A DNA stretch of 64,000 bases from Oculina patagonica (Eukaryota): NCBI RefSeq assembly GCF_052425735.1, contig NC_135762.1, positions 30,380,001-30,444,000 on the forward strand, read 5' to 3'. The notes beneath the pieces are model-generated. The model saw nothing but the letters and a program-made list of their open reading frames with translations, had not been told where the DNA came from and made no database searches. The first letter of the stretch is position 1. Every line of letters begins with the position of its first letter. Below are positions 49,114 to 61,968 of the stretch, piece after piece. The translations under genes and the position numbers were made by a program.

Positions 49114-50719
49114 ATGGCGGATTTAGCGGAAGTTTTCTCCTGTGCTAACTGCGGATGTAAACAACGATTTATAAAACGCTGTACGGCCTGCAAACAAGTG
49201 TTTTATTGGTAACGTTTATAGAATTATTGATAGTCAATGTTACTTACTAATAATTGTTAATTTTGCATTCTGAAAATGCAAGAAACAAAACTGGACAAAA
49301 GCAACAACAAAAACAACAACTGACAAATGCAATCAGGGTCCCAAAGGGTGGGGGTGGGCGTCGGAGCCCGAGCCCTAAGATTGTGCCTGGGTCCCCACTG
49401 TTTGGCTGCTCAGAGCCCGAATAGTTATTTTGTAGCAGGGTGTCGAGCCTAAACATTTACCACAGTGCCCTGAGCCTCTTTTTATGGGGGACCCGGCTAA
49501 CCCCTGAACCCCTTGGGAGCCTGACCCCCGGGGAACTTGGGGAATGATTTTAACTCAGATAGCAGCTCATGATATATGCTATATAAGTAGTGCCAGCATG
49601 TTTTGAAGTAAGGATTACCCTCTCTGACAAGATTGAAAGCTGAGAATTGGCTATTAAGCCTGGTAAATCTGTTGGTTGTTTTCATATATGGTCCTATATC
49701 ATTCCGGGAATGGCAAACATTCTTTTTTCATTTCATTTCAATCCAAGCCTGTGAACAGGCCTCCTAGTGGGCTAGAGGGCAAAAAAAAAAAGAACAAGCC
49801 AAGTTCATTCTCCCCTGCGGCATTTTCCTGCATAGACCAAGCCTGGCTAATACTCCACTTGCCAATCATTTTCGATCCATACCCCACTAGGGGCCAGTAG
49901 GATATCTTCTTCCAATTCATTTTATTTAATTAAATTCAATTTATTTTCTAAACATGTCTCTTCATTTGATGTCTACTGTCATTTTTTTTTTCAAAATAAT
50001 ATAATAGCTCTAAGGAGTGTCAAGTATCCCATTGGCCACATCACAAACCAAGCTGCCAAGATCTCAGAAATAAAGACAGTGAAAGAAACGTGTCCTCAGC
50101 TTCTACAGGACATACAAATGCATTGCCCTTGAAATCGTCTTCCTTGGTGGATAATAGTGACCTAGCTGAAATATCTAACAAGCAAGATATACCACATAAA
50201 TGCTCCAATGGTTCATCTATTAATAACAGTTCTGCAAACAAAGCCCAGTGTGAAAAGCGTGTTGAAAGAACTTGTGACTCTAATAATATAAGTAGTGCGA
50301 TGGAACAAATATGCTTGTCTTCTGCACAAGAAAGCAATGAAACTGAAAATGTCATGAAAAATGAAACTGTTACAATTGTTATCAAACACAACAAAGTGAA
50401 GCAAGAACTTGCTGTGTTAATAACAGATAATGGCAACTCAATTTTACAGGTTATTTCGGATTCTGTAAGAATCCCTATATCGAAGCTCAAACTTATCCAT
50501 AAAGGCAAAATTGCAACTTGTGATAATATAAAGGACATGGTAGTTGATAAAGCTTTATTTTTAGCATTCGGAGAAGTTTCTGAAAGTGAAGAGGGCTTAG
50601 AAAAGACAGATATCGACTTGATTATCAAGCAACTTGATGTCGAGAGAAATGTTGCCGTCAGAGTTTTAAGAAAGACGGGTAATGTTCTTGACGCTATTAT
50701 TGAGATAGGAAATATGTGA
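49114..50719 (+). CDS. zf-MYND + ubiquitin-like + NAC/HYPK-type UBA domain protein (~268 aa)
   Basis: Exon 49114-49208 (MADLAEVFSCANCGC..RCTACKQVFY) splices in phase to 50008-50719 (CSKECQVSHWPHHKPSC..). C-terminal IPISKLKLIHKGK is UBL-like; DIDLIIKQLDVERNVAVRVLRKTGNVLDAI is UBA-like. Confidence 0.8.
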
Positions 50720-52112
50720 ATGATGTGTTTAATAAACTTATTAAAATGTTATGATACCTGGATACCAGTCTCGGCCTGCTCACTACCTTGGTGTGGTGAA
50801 GTTATTTACTCTGAAAAACTGTCCAGGGGGGAGGGTCTTGTCACAAAATCATGAAACTTGTTTCGATTCACAAAAATGACTGGTCACGGAGTCCTGGGGA
50901 TGTCAGAATCAATTTTGTGGGTGTGTGGTTCAAGAATTTCATTTTACTGAGGATGGTAAAAGGGGGTATAGATCACAATAAACAGAAAATAAAACAGCCC
51001 TTTCACAATTTACGAAAAATGTTAAATATTGACATTTCACGCTTCACCGAAAATAAAAGAAAATAATTCGGAAGATCAAGGCCGGCCGGTTCACAGCTGA
51101 ACCATCTCACTTAGATTTTTCACAGGAAATAAAAAGGGCCGATCATCAGAATACCAGTTATCTGTATGAAAAAAAAAAAAAAACTAAGAGACATGACAGT
51201 CCAAAGGGATGAGGATGCTTGTCTCATTAAGGGTGATAGTAAGGATTTTGGTCGTTTAGTTTTTAAAGAAATATTCATTTTTTTTTTTTATTTTTGGGTG
51301 GTTTAGGAATAATAGGTAGGGGAAAAAAAGGGGTCCAGATTTGTCTTCTTTATGGGTTTGATTCAAATAAGCATTCCAGTCCCTTTGATATGAGAGTCCA
51401 CGCTGATGATGAGCAGGTGCACCCCATCAGTACCACATTGAGCTCATCCCCTCCCCCCCCCCCAAACACAGTTAGAGAGGAGAGATGTTTCAGTGAGGGA
51501 TGCACTTGTTAACTGCGGCTAGAGGGTAGTGTTACAGACCAATTTAAATAGTTTGATAGGTGCATCAGTTTTTGGTGGATTTAGTGTGAAGTAGCTATTT
51601 ATTGGTCTTGACAATTTCAAACAAGTAAAGAAAGAGAAAAATCTAGAATGATCAAATATATCGCTTCACGCAAATTTCTATCCAAACTGAAGTCAAAATA
51701 TATAAAAACTTTAAAGGTCCTTGAAGTCTATATTGGACTAATATCAAGACAATATCCCCTCACCAGTTGATATATAAATTTTATCAAACAGTGTTCTCAT
51801 GACCACGGCTGAAAATATGATTAATGGTTGTAAAGCTGTCATATATAGCTTTGTTAAAATACCCAGAATTATTTCCCTCGTGCCGTGAAGAAAAGATCCG
51901 TTTTCCAGTGCCCAGAATTAAGGATGTGTAAGGAAATTTCGTCAAAAAAAATTGTTCAGTGACAGTCATGGTCAAAACTAATGTGCAAACGATAGAAACA
52001 TATTTTTTAATATTTCGCGTAAAAGCAAAAGTCAGTTATCGAAAAACTTTATTTTGCCGAAGCCAATTTTAACAATTAAATGAAATAAAAAGAAAAAAAA
52101 GAGAAAAAGAAA

Positions 52113-52412
52113 AAACAGAGTGGAGTTCGACAATCTCGACCGGGCTGTGAGCGGCCGCCTATTCACAGATGCTATCCCACTACTGTTTGACGCGGGAGCT
52201 TTTGCCTGCTGTGTTTCCACCCTGAGCCGGTTCGCTCCTCTTTAACCAACCTGGAGAACTCAGACTCCTCTGTGTTCACCATATTGACGCCAAACTTAGC
52301 GCGGACACCCGATCTACATAGGACGACCACCCCCAGGAATCCCGCCCTCAAGCCGTTCAGACACCCCAGCCTCCAAGCAGCTGGATTACAGGCGTGCGCC
52401 ACTACGCCCGGC
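52113..52412 (-). ncRNA. RN7SL: 7SL / signal recognition particle RNA
   Basis: Starts GCCGGGCGTAGTGGCGCACGCCTGTAATCC; contains the S-domain motifs GATCGGGTGTCCGCGCTAAGTT and CAGGGTGGAAACACAGCAG; ~300 nt long; ends in a T-run Pol III terminator. Confidence 0.95.
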
Positions 52413-52942
52413 TGAAGATAATTGAACAAATTTACAGGTCAATTGTGCGAGCCTCGACTGCCAGCCGGAAGTGAAAAATCCTTAATTCTTGAATACACAA
52501 AGACTTTCGAATAGGTTTCGAATTCAATTTATGAATTAAAACTAAACTAATGAAAAGAAAAGGCACATAATATTCCTAAGAGTGTAATTAGATTCCTCAC
52601 ACACAGTTAAGGGCTTGTATTTAAAGTTAAAATGAAGCAATCGAACAATCATTTCGCTGGCGGAAGTTAGAGATGAAAGGGATAAAAATTGGACAGGACT
52701 CTCGGCGCATGGAACTAGGAACAATTGTATTCAGTCCTTCAATTTCTTTTTCTCTCCCTTTTGCTATCTTAAATGCTATCTTGATTCAAGTACGATCTGC
52801 GGAAATATTTTGTGTTCTGTTTATTTATTTATTTTTTTTGATGTTTTGTGACTTTCAAGTTCATTTTCAATCCGCGCATTTATCAGTATTGATGGGCTCC
52901 TGGTATTGAAACACATGGGAGGGAGGGGGAAAGAAAGTTGGC

Positions 52943-53195
52943 ACGTCATTTTCCTGTAAGAAATAAAATTTAGCCAAGTCTTTAGGTCCATTCGCAACCC
53001 GGTTAAGGGTAATCTATAACGTACTTCTGGTTTTCTGCAAAACTGCAGTATTCGGGAATTGATGGCTTTTTAGATCGCGCGTACCGAGAAATAAATCATA
53101 CATTATCCTTGCGTGTTTAATAAATGAATTGATTTGCGGGTTGCGAATGGACATGAAAACTTGGCTAAATTTTATTTCTTACAGGAAAATGACGT
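52943..53195. mobile_element. Small foldback/MITE
   Basis: ~58-bp inverted repeats acgtcattttcctgtaagaaataaaatttagccaag..attcgcaaccc. Confidence 0.7.
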
Positions 53196-54009
53196 TTTCC
53201 TAATGCATTCTTGCGTGCTTAGCCCTTTGAAATTGTTATTACTAGAGGATATTGAAGTTAAAACTAATTAACACAATCGGCAGAGTTAACGTATTTAATT
53301 AAAAGGTATAGAACGGTCTCCCAGGTCTTCAAACAAGTAAAACATAACATTGTTTTAATTATAATCCTGCCGGCTCTCTCAAAGCCGGGGAACACATTGA
53401 AAAGAGAGTAAAATAAAACAGAGCTGTCTCGCACGGTTTAAAAATGACGTTACTGGTAAGGTTTAAGCGACCATAAAACTGATTTCATTACCGGGATGGG
53501 TTTTTTTGCGGCTACTACGCTTTTAGCAAACCTTGACAAAAACATGTTATCGTTCCCTAGTAGAGAGGTGTTCGTTTAGGGAGGGGGAGGGGGGGGAGCA
53601 CCGCCAGCCCGTGTCTTCTGTCAGCAGTAAGACACTACCCCTCTGGAACCTCTATTTTCATTCGCCCGCTGTAAACACTACCTCTATTGTTATTCAGGGC
53701 TAGGGGCATTGTTGTCACCTGTTATCTATTGTTTTAAGAACCAATGAATTAACTCGTTCCAAGAGGTAGTGGGCGACCCTCTGTCAGCCTCTGCTGTTGT
53801 TGCTATCACAAGAAAATTCATTCAAACGACTGCAAAAAGGGACATTAAAATTATACAAATTTTGGGGGTTTTGGATATTCAAAACATAAAACTCGACGAT
53901 GAATTCAGATGAAAGGTATTTATCTCTCCAAAGATCCGTAAATTTCTGTAATACAGACATATGGCAAGGCATTTCGGTCGCCGGTGGCCCTTTGAGCTGT
54001 ATATCATAA

Positions 54010-56220
54010 TATATTTAATTTATATTTTGTATTGCCAGTTTATGAAAAATTCTTATTATTTTTGTTCTTTCTGACTGTAAATACAACAAATTCAGTGTGA
54101 GTCTTAAATCTGATGAGCAATAAATTCTAACTACCCGTCGCCGCACAACACACCCTTACATTAAATAAAGGCAGTAGTCCTTGCCAGGTACATTTTGTGT
54201 ACACAAGCTTCAACAAGTATGCGATGATTGTAGTCAATGGGATAAGAAATAAAGCCTCTTAGTAAGTAGAGAGAAGATTTAAGATCGTTAACGCTAACAG
54301 AATTAAAAGCGCTGAAAAAGTTTCACGACTGAACGGAATACGAGAAACTAAAAATGACATCTACCAAGGTCAAAAAACTAACTGTTTGCCTGTTTATTTC
54401 AAAATGCATGCAGTACCTAAAAGTTATGACTTCGGCTTATTTCATTTTGTACAAAAGTATAAACAATGGTTGATAATTTATTAAGATCGATGATTAAGTA
54501 CAGTACAACAAAGCGACCAACGCAGAGCTATTCTAGTGGAAAGCCGTGTGTGGGTTCTTAATGTGATAATGATAAAGCTTACCCAGTTCATAGTACAGTT
54601 AAGTATTTAATAAAACGGCGAAAATAAAGAGGATTTAGGAGGACTAAACCACTTAATTGCTTTTTCCTGTAAGCGGAACGAAAGCAACATTAGACGGTGT
54701 GCAGAGGGGGTAGACACGATAGCAAACTTTTTAGAAGCGTTGCTAGCATTGCAAGTTTTAAAGTTTATTTTATCTTTTGTATTTCCAGTATAAAAAACTC
54801 TTCTTTTGTTGCTCTTTCTGACTGTAAATACAATAAATTCAGTTTATAAATCCTTCCTCATCCCCCCCCCCCCCCCCACACACACACACCACCACCACCA
54901 AAAATACATACACGTGTACCCTTTTAATTAAATCAAGTAATTAATCGCTTCCTGTCAGGTACATTTTGTGTACAAATGAAATTCAACAGATCTACGATGA
55001 TTGAACTCGATGGGATAAACATTTAAGTCTCTTATCAATAAAGAGAGGATTTAAGATCGTATTAAACACCATGAAATAGAATTTAAAAAGTGCTTAAAAA
55101 TTTTAAAGAGTGAATACGAGAAAAATCAAGCAACTGACCATTCGTCATTTGCTTTCAAACTGCATGCAATACGTAGCTAATACGTGGAAGTTATGACTTC
55201 GGCTTATTTGTACAAAAGTAAACAATGGGCAATCGTCAATTTTAAATCGATAATTAAGTACAGTATAGTATAAACAAGAGACCAACGCAGAGCTATTCTA
55301 GTGGAAAGCCGTGTGTGGGTTCTTAATGTGATAATGATAAAGCTTACGGTTACAGTTCATAGTACAGTTAAGCATTTAATAAAATGGCGAAAATAAAGAG
55401 GACTTAGAAGAACCAAATCACAATTGCTTTTCCTGCAAACGGAACGAAAGCAACTTTACGGGCGCAAGACAGAGGGGGTAGACACGAAGCGTTGCTAGCA
55501 GTGCTAGTTTTTAACTTTATTTTATCTTTTGTATTTCCAATATAAAAAAAAACTCTTCTTTTGTTGCCCTTTCGGTCTGCAAATACAATAAATTTAGTTT
55601 AAAATTCTTAATCCTCAACCCCCTCCCCCCCCCCCCCCCCAACACCACCAAATACACACACACGTGTACCCTTTCATTCAAATCAAGAAATTAATCACTT
55701 CCTGTCAGGTACGTTTTGTGTACAAATGAACTTCAACAGATCTACGATGATTGAACTCAATGGGATAAACATTTTAAGTCTCTTATCAATAAAGAGAGGG
55801 TCGTAAACACAAACAGAATTAAAAAAGTGCTTAAAAAGTTTAAAGAGTGAATACGAGAAAAATCAAGATGACATATGCCAAGACAAAAGCAACTAACCAT
55901 TCGTCTTTTGCTTTCAAACTGCAGCAATACGTTATGACTTCGGCTTATTTGTACAAAAGTAAACAATGGGCAATCGTCAATTTTAAATCGATAATTAAGT
56001 ACAGTACAGTATAAACAAGAGACCAACGCGGAGCTATTCTAGTGGAAAGCCGTGTGTGGGTGCTTAATGTGATAATAATAAAGATAAGTTACAGTTCATA
56101 GTACAGTTAAGCATTTAATAAAATGGTGAAAATAAAGAGGACTTAGAAGAACCAAATCACTTAATTGCTTTTTCCTCTAAGCGGAACGAAAGTGTAGTAG
56201 ACGCGATAGCAGACTTAGCA
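54010..56220. repeat. Tandem triplication of a ~740-770 bp non-coding unit
   Basis: Landmark gagctattctagtggaaagccgtgtgtggg at ~54525, ~55290 and ~56031, with collinear flanks in all three copies. Confidence 0.9.
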
Positions 56221-57116
56221 GCATTTTTGTGGTCATGATTGACCTGCGAACAGCCTCCCAAGTGGAGTACAGGGCAAAAATAGATCGGCGAGGCGAACCG
56301 GAATAAAAATCGGAAAGCCGAGCGTGTTCTTCGCTTTATACCCCAGTAGTAAGCCTGTTCGGTTACAGAAATATTGACAATTAGTTTAGACGGTTCAATT
56401 ATCGATTTTGAAGTGGCCAATTAATTAGGTGCATGGTGTGTTTACTTGAATTGACGAGCTTAACTCTAGCCATTACTGATGAAACGAAGAGATTTCATTT
56501 CCACACGACCAAATCATTCTCAAGTTATTTATCTCGCCCTCTGCCTAAATTATTGGATGGCAAATCAATAAACGTAAACAAACGAAGTTATATCGTTGTT
56601 ACACTCAATCGTTTGTTGATCATGTGCTTTATTAGCTGCTTGAAAGAACAACAAAACAATCGGCTTATGGTTTTGCTTTTTCTTTGCGGCTGCTCTGTTT
56701 ACTTTACATTGAAAAGAACAACGTGTTATCACAAGCGATTATCAAACAAAGAAAATGACCGTTTTCACTCGGGAATTGACCTATTATTTCTAAACCAATC
56801 AATGCTAAGCCTGTTTTCGAAACGACGTAAAGAACTGTCGTTTACGTCTTTATGTACTAATGTACAGCTAGCAATTTCGACCACTCTTGAGCGTGTTGTG
56901 ATACTTTCACATGCAGCTCCAGTTCGTGCTAGGAAACGTACTCCGTGCGAGCAGTTGCCATAGTGAAGTCTTTCAAAGGGGTTTCTTAAGAAGCACTTTG
57001 TTGGTATTCAAACTTCAGACAGCCTGGTTAAAAATCCATTTGGTCAACAGAACCTTTTGCAAGTTAATAATAGCAACGCTTTATGCTGAGCTCCAGCAAA
57101 AACCTCTAGCTCTACC

Positions 57117-60100
57117 ATGGATCATGCGGACCATGCAGTTAAAGTTTATGTCTCCCCGGCAAATAACAACTCGGAGTTTTTAGAATCTGTTTCCACCCAA
57201 TCAACTGGACACGAAGACGTCAGCGAAAAACTGGACGAGAGCGTGCTTGTAAATGAGGAACTTAATGAACTTCCGAATACTTCAGGTCAGTCAGCTGCGG
57301 AAACCAACGATGAAGGCGACGACGAAGTTTTAACCAAAACTGAAGATATCACAAAGGAGAATCTTCCCGCAGAAACCGAAAACGACACCAAATCGCCGTC
57401 CGCCATGGTACAAGTCGCGCGCACGCTTCATTTAGCAAGTTCGTGGCTAAGCAGAACTCGCGCTAAAAGCGCCAAGCGTGCTCCTCGCGTCGACTCTTTC
57501 CTCGAAAGGTTAGAAATGGCGGGCCCGTCACAAGTTAGCCGAAACAACAATACGATCGACTCTTTCACTTCGTCAATTTCCGTCGATCCGTCACAGGCTT
57601 TCCACTTTCATTGGTTAATAGTTGTTACGGTCTGCGTGCTGTATAACTGGGTTTTTATCATCGCTCGCACAGCATTCGTTGATCTGCAGAATCGTTCCGT
57701 GTCACTGTGGCTTGTTTTGGATTATGTGTCGGATTTTATATACATAGTGGATATGGTCGTACAGTTCAAAACTGGTAAGTACCAATTTAGATAACGAAAC
57801 CAAGTGATCTTTTAAGACGATTAGTTGCAAACAATTTCATTGCACATAAGAAGCTGAGTCTTTTATCTGCCATCTCCATGTTTTTTTTCCTTATTCTGAG
57901 TTCAACCCTCACTGCAGCTATGCAATTGCAAATAATTGCAAATAGTTATCTTGTCAGCATTTGGCCAGTTTAGATGTCTAAACAAGTGACATTGATGTTG
58001 TTTTTGAAACTTTCTTTCTGGATTCCTGGAATAAAGGAGGTCCAAAAAGGAAAATTTATGTCCTATAAATTTTGTTTTACATTTTAAGGAAAAAGTACAT
58101 TCAGAGTCTTAACGACCACTATTGAATTATTGCATAGGGTTTATTAAAAGTACACAAACTTACAATGTAATCCTCTTGCTCTTTTGTGTCTGGCCGGTGG
58201 TTACCGAGCTCACATTGTATAAGTTTCCCCGAAAAAGTATAGCGGGGAATTTAACCATACAAAAGTTCTAATAAAGAGAAATTCGATTCGTGATCAACGA
58301 AACCAGATGGTAAAATAGTTCATTTAATTTAGTTTAGTTTAGTTTACTAGCCTTGTGTAGCCTAGTTTAGTTTCAGTTAATAACGACGAATCAAGCCAGC
58401 CTGGAAACACCTAGCCTCCCACGCAGTCGTTCGCCCCTAAAGGCTGGTTCTCATATGATCGCCCCGATCGTCTCTGTCGCTTCTGTCGTTTGCAAAGTCT
58501 GAGGTGATTGGAGCAAGCAAACTTTTTGAAGCGACAGAAGCGACAGAGACGATCGGGACGATCATATGAGAACCAGGCTTAAGAACGACTGCGTGGGAGG
58601 CTAGGAAACACCTTGCAATCTTCTTCAAATTTACTGAGTCACGGATAGCGCAGATTCTACGGCCTTTGAATATTTTTGATTTCGTATTCACTGTTAAATC
58701 GATCAGTTTGTCCAAACTAGGAAAACTGTAAAGCAGTTCAAAAAAAGGTATTTAACCTTTGGGCAAATTTTTAAGCCTTTTGGCTTTGATTTCTTGAAAG
58801 AGATTTTTCGTTTTGAGTCGAAGTAAAATAAATCTTTGGTTATGATGTTATATGTAACATGATGTTTACGTGGTCGGCAGCACAATATTTCTAATACAAG
58901 CTTATTACTGAAAAGATTAAGATTCTAATTAATAAGCTTCATACTTCATTAAAACTTTAGTGACACGCAGCTATTTATACGTTAAAGCAAAAATAATCCG
59001 AAACATTTGTTTTGTTGCTTCCACGTTGTTTTTACTGAAGGTGGCTGAGATTTGGTCTTTGCGAGCATTTGCGAGCACACCGTTTTTCTTTGCGAGCACG
59101 AGCATTGACAAAAGTTAGCCTTGCAAGCAACGAGCACTTTTTAAAAAGCTACCTCAATTAAAAACCGAGCATGCGAGCTTTGTAATAAAATTTTGCGAGC
59201 ATTCCGAGCAGAAGTATAACTTTGCGAGCATTGCAACATTTTGATGGACCATTCACGACCCCTTTTATTGAGAAATATTTTCATCTTCCAAGACTGAAAG
59301 TGCTCATTAGGCAGCCGTTTGGACACACAGTGAAAATGAAGTGTGTAGGCTGTTCTAGTGTAAATCGGATTAGCAGCTAATTTGGGCATGATAGCCTCAT
59401 TAATGTCTTTTGTCGGGCACGAAGATTGATCACTGTAAAAAACAACACTCCTGAAACACTCTCACACAGGTGAACAATGAATCAAAAACGGAAGCTATTG
59501 AGCCGAATTAGAACAGCGAGACACGATGTCTTTAAAGCAGCTTATTTAATGTGTAATTATGAACCCAATTTGTAGTTGACGAACAATATCGATACACTTT
59601 TGCTAACTGTACTGTACAATACTCTAGACAAACGGGCGCCTACCTTGTAAGCTGTTGAAATTAAACAATAAATAATTGCTAGTTAATTGTGATCACTCGG
59701 CGCCAGGAATCTGTCGTTAAATTGGCTGAATGAAAAGAATTATTTCGTATTGAATGAGACCAAGAATTTATTTGTGATAGTCTTTTCTTGAGTGAGATAT
59801 ACCGCTAAATTATCGAGTTTTTGTTTCACGGCTCAGGATATTTTCCACCATACTGATGGCTACTGTATTAAATCCGGGATTTAGAGGAATGGCCATTCAA
59901 CCACTTGTGACGTCACCAATTTGCACGTCAGCAGATTTTCTGATATGCAACTAATATACCTGTACTTGATCATGGTCTCCTTTCCAGGCTTTTCCATTGA
60001 TAAAGATAAAAAATATTAAGGTCAGAAGAAAGGATGTACAGAGTAGAAGGTAGAGAGAATAAGAAAGCAGAGAAAAACGAAAAGGAACGGAGCAAGGAAA

Positions 60101-61968
60101 AAAAATCGGAACGGTTCAGAAAAAAAAATCCAAATTTTGGCTTATGCTCACGCGCCAAAGTAAAATATTGTACATTTTTACATGAAAACTTCATCAAAAT
60201 CTTACTGCAATGTAAAAAAGTGCATTTCTAGCAAAGTTAAGAGAAAATTAGCACCGTAGCCAAACCTGTTTTTTTTAGTAATTTCAGCATTTTAAAGGTT
60301 AAGAGGACAGGTCAATTTACTCATGTAAATCCAATCTATGGAGCTAAAGCAACCTGAATCGCGCCAAATTTCGTATGATTTAGGATTTGAGTTATTTTAG
60401 CTTAAGAATTATAATCCATCAAATATTTTACGTGCGCGCGATTGGTTTAAAGCTCTACTTTTATAACTCTATCAAAACAAAACAAATGTTTTTCTTGGTC
60501 TGTTCGCTTGGTTTCTGCATTACACAAGGTAATTATGTTTAACATATGTTTTACAGTTCCAAACACGTGCGCGAGCCTGTTGTATTCTGTACAACAATAA
60601 AAAGAGATTTGATGAAGCGTTGTCTGCAATCAAAATCGTTTCCAAAATCTAGTCGTACTTAACAGTATGCTGCATGCGAGGCAATGTTTTTACAAAAATA
60701 TTGCTAAGCAAGCAACCTCGTTTCCAGGGTCTCTCTCCCCGCTCTGGGGGTTGCCTTTGACATATCTTCTGTCAACCTTTTTCTAACTCGTTGTGTTTTT
60801 TTCCTTATTAGGATATATGGCCCATGGAATTCTCGTCAGAGATCCCCAAAAACTGCATCAGAACTACATGATGAAGGCAACTTTCAAAATAGACTGCCTT
60901 TCAATAGTTCCGCTGGATTTATTTTACTTTATAGCAGGAATCAACATGGTTGCGCTGAGGATCCCGCGCTTGCTCCGTCTGCATCGCCTCTTGGAGCTAA
61001 GAAGTACCACAGAAACCAATTCACGTTTCCCAAATTTTTTACGCCTGTGTTTCTTGGTTCTTATGGTTTTGCTAATTTTCCATTGGAATGCGTGCTTCTA
61101 TTTCCTACTTTCAAAATGGATCGGGTTTGGTTCGGATAGCTGGGTATACCCGAAGCTTACCAAACCCGGCTTCGATTCGCTCGCACGGCAGTATCTCTTC
61201 AGCTTGTATTGGTCCTCAAGAATGCTGACAACGGGCGAAACTGAGAACCCGCCACAGACCGATGTAGAGCTGTTGTTTGTTATCGTCGATCTCACGGTCG
61301 GCTTTCTGGTTTTTGCCGCCATAGTGGGTCAGTTTGGAAGCATGATCACTCATATGCTTCTGGTGCGAAGGGAGTTTCTTGGACAAGCCGAAGCTGTGAA
61401 ACAATACTTAGTTTTCCACGGGGTAGATGACGATTTACAAAGACGAGTCGTTGCATGGTTTAATTACATGTGGGAAACGAAGAAATCTTCTCTGGATCGC
61501 GATAACGTTCTCTGCAAACTTCCCTTACCGCTTAGAACTGAAATAGCCGTGCAAGTGCACTTGGAAACCTTAAAACGCGTTCAAATTTTTGCGGACGTTG
61601 AACCTGGCCTATTGAAGGAAATTGTGCTAAAACTTCGCTCACAAGTTTATTCCCCTGGAGATTATATTTGTAGAAAGGGTGAGCCGGGAAAAGAGATGTA
61701 TATAGTGAGCAGCGGTCGACTGCAAGTTGTGCAGGACGATTCTGAGACGGTGATCGCTACGCTGCACGAAGGAAGTTATTTTGGCGAGATAAGTATTCTG
61801 AATTTATCAAATACTGGAAATCGACGGACAGCGAACGTTCGCTCCGAAGGGTATTCAGAACTGCTGTGCCTTTCTAAAGAAGACTTGCTTGAGGCGCTGA
61901 CGGAATATCCCGAGGCTAGAAAGTTGCTTGAGATACGAGGAAGAAGACTTCTCAGAAGATCTCGATAA
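57117..61968 (+). CDS. Cyclic nucleotide-gated channel alpha subunit (CNGA-like)
   Basis: Exons 57117-57774 and 60812-61968 (FKT-G|YM). S4 RIPRLLRLHRL, HWNACFYF, pore region YWS..LTTGE, CNBD FGEISIL..GNRRTANVRS. Confidence 0.92.
58412..58603. mobile_element. TAG...CTA MITE (9-bp TSD) containing a nested Harbinger-like MITE at 58441-58579
   Basis: Outer tagcctcccacgcagtcgttc / gaacgactgcgtgggaggcta flanked by GGAAACACC; inner ctggttctcatatgatcg TIRs flanked by TAA. Confidence 0.85.

Noticed and set aside
52330-52412. Alu-like sequence suggesting primate contamination
   Set aside because: It is the Alu domain of a complete 7SL RNA with S domain and T terminator, divergent from human.
54960-55060. 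Possible C/D snoRNA (CGATGA) in the triplicated unit
   Set aside because: Imperfect C box, with no conserved D box or terminal stem across the three copies.
56433-56963. 176-aa ORF upstream of the CNG gene
   Set aside because: No recognisable motif or splice context; probably a chance ORF in promoter or 5' UTR sequence.
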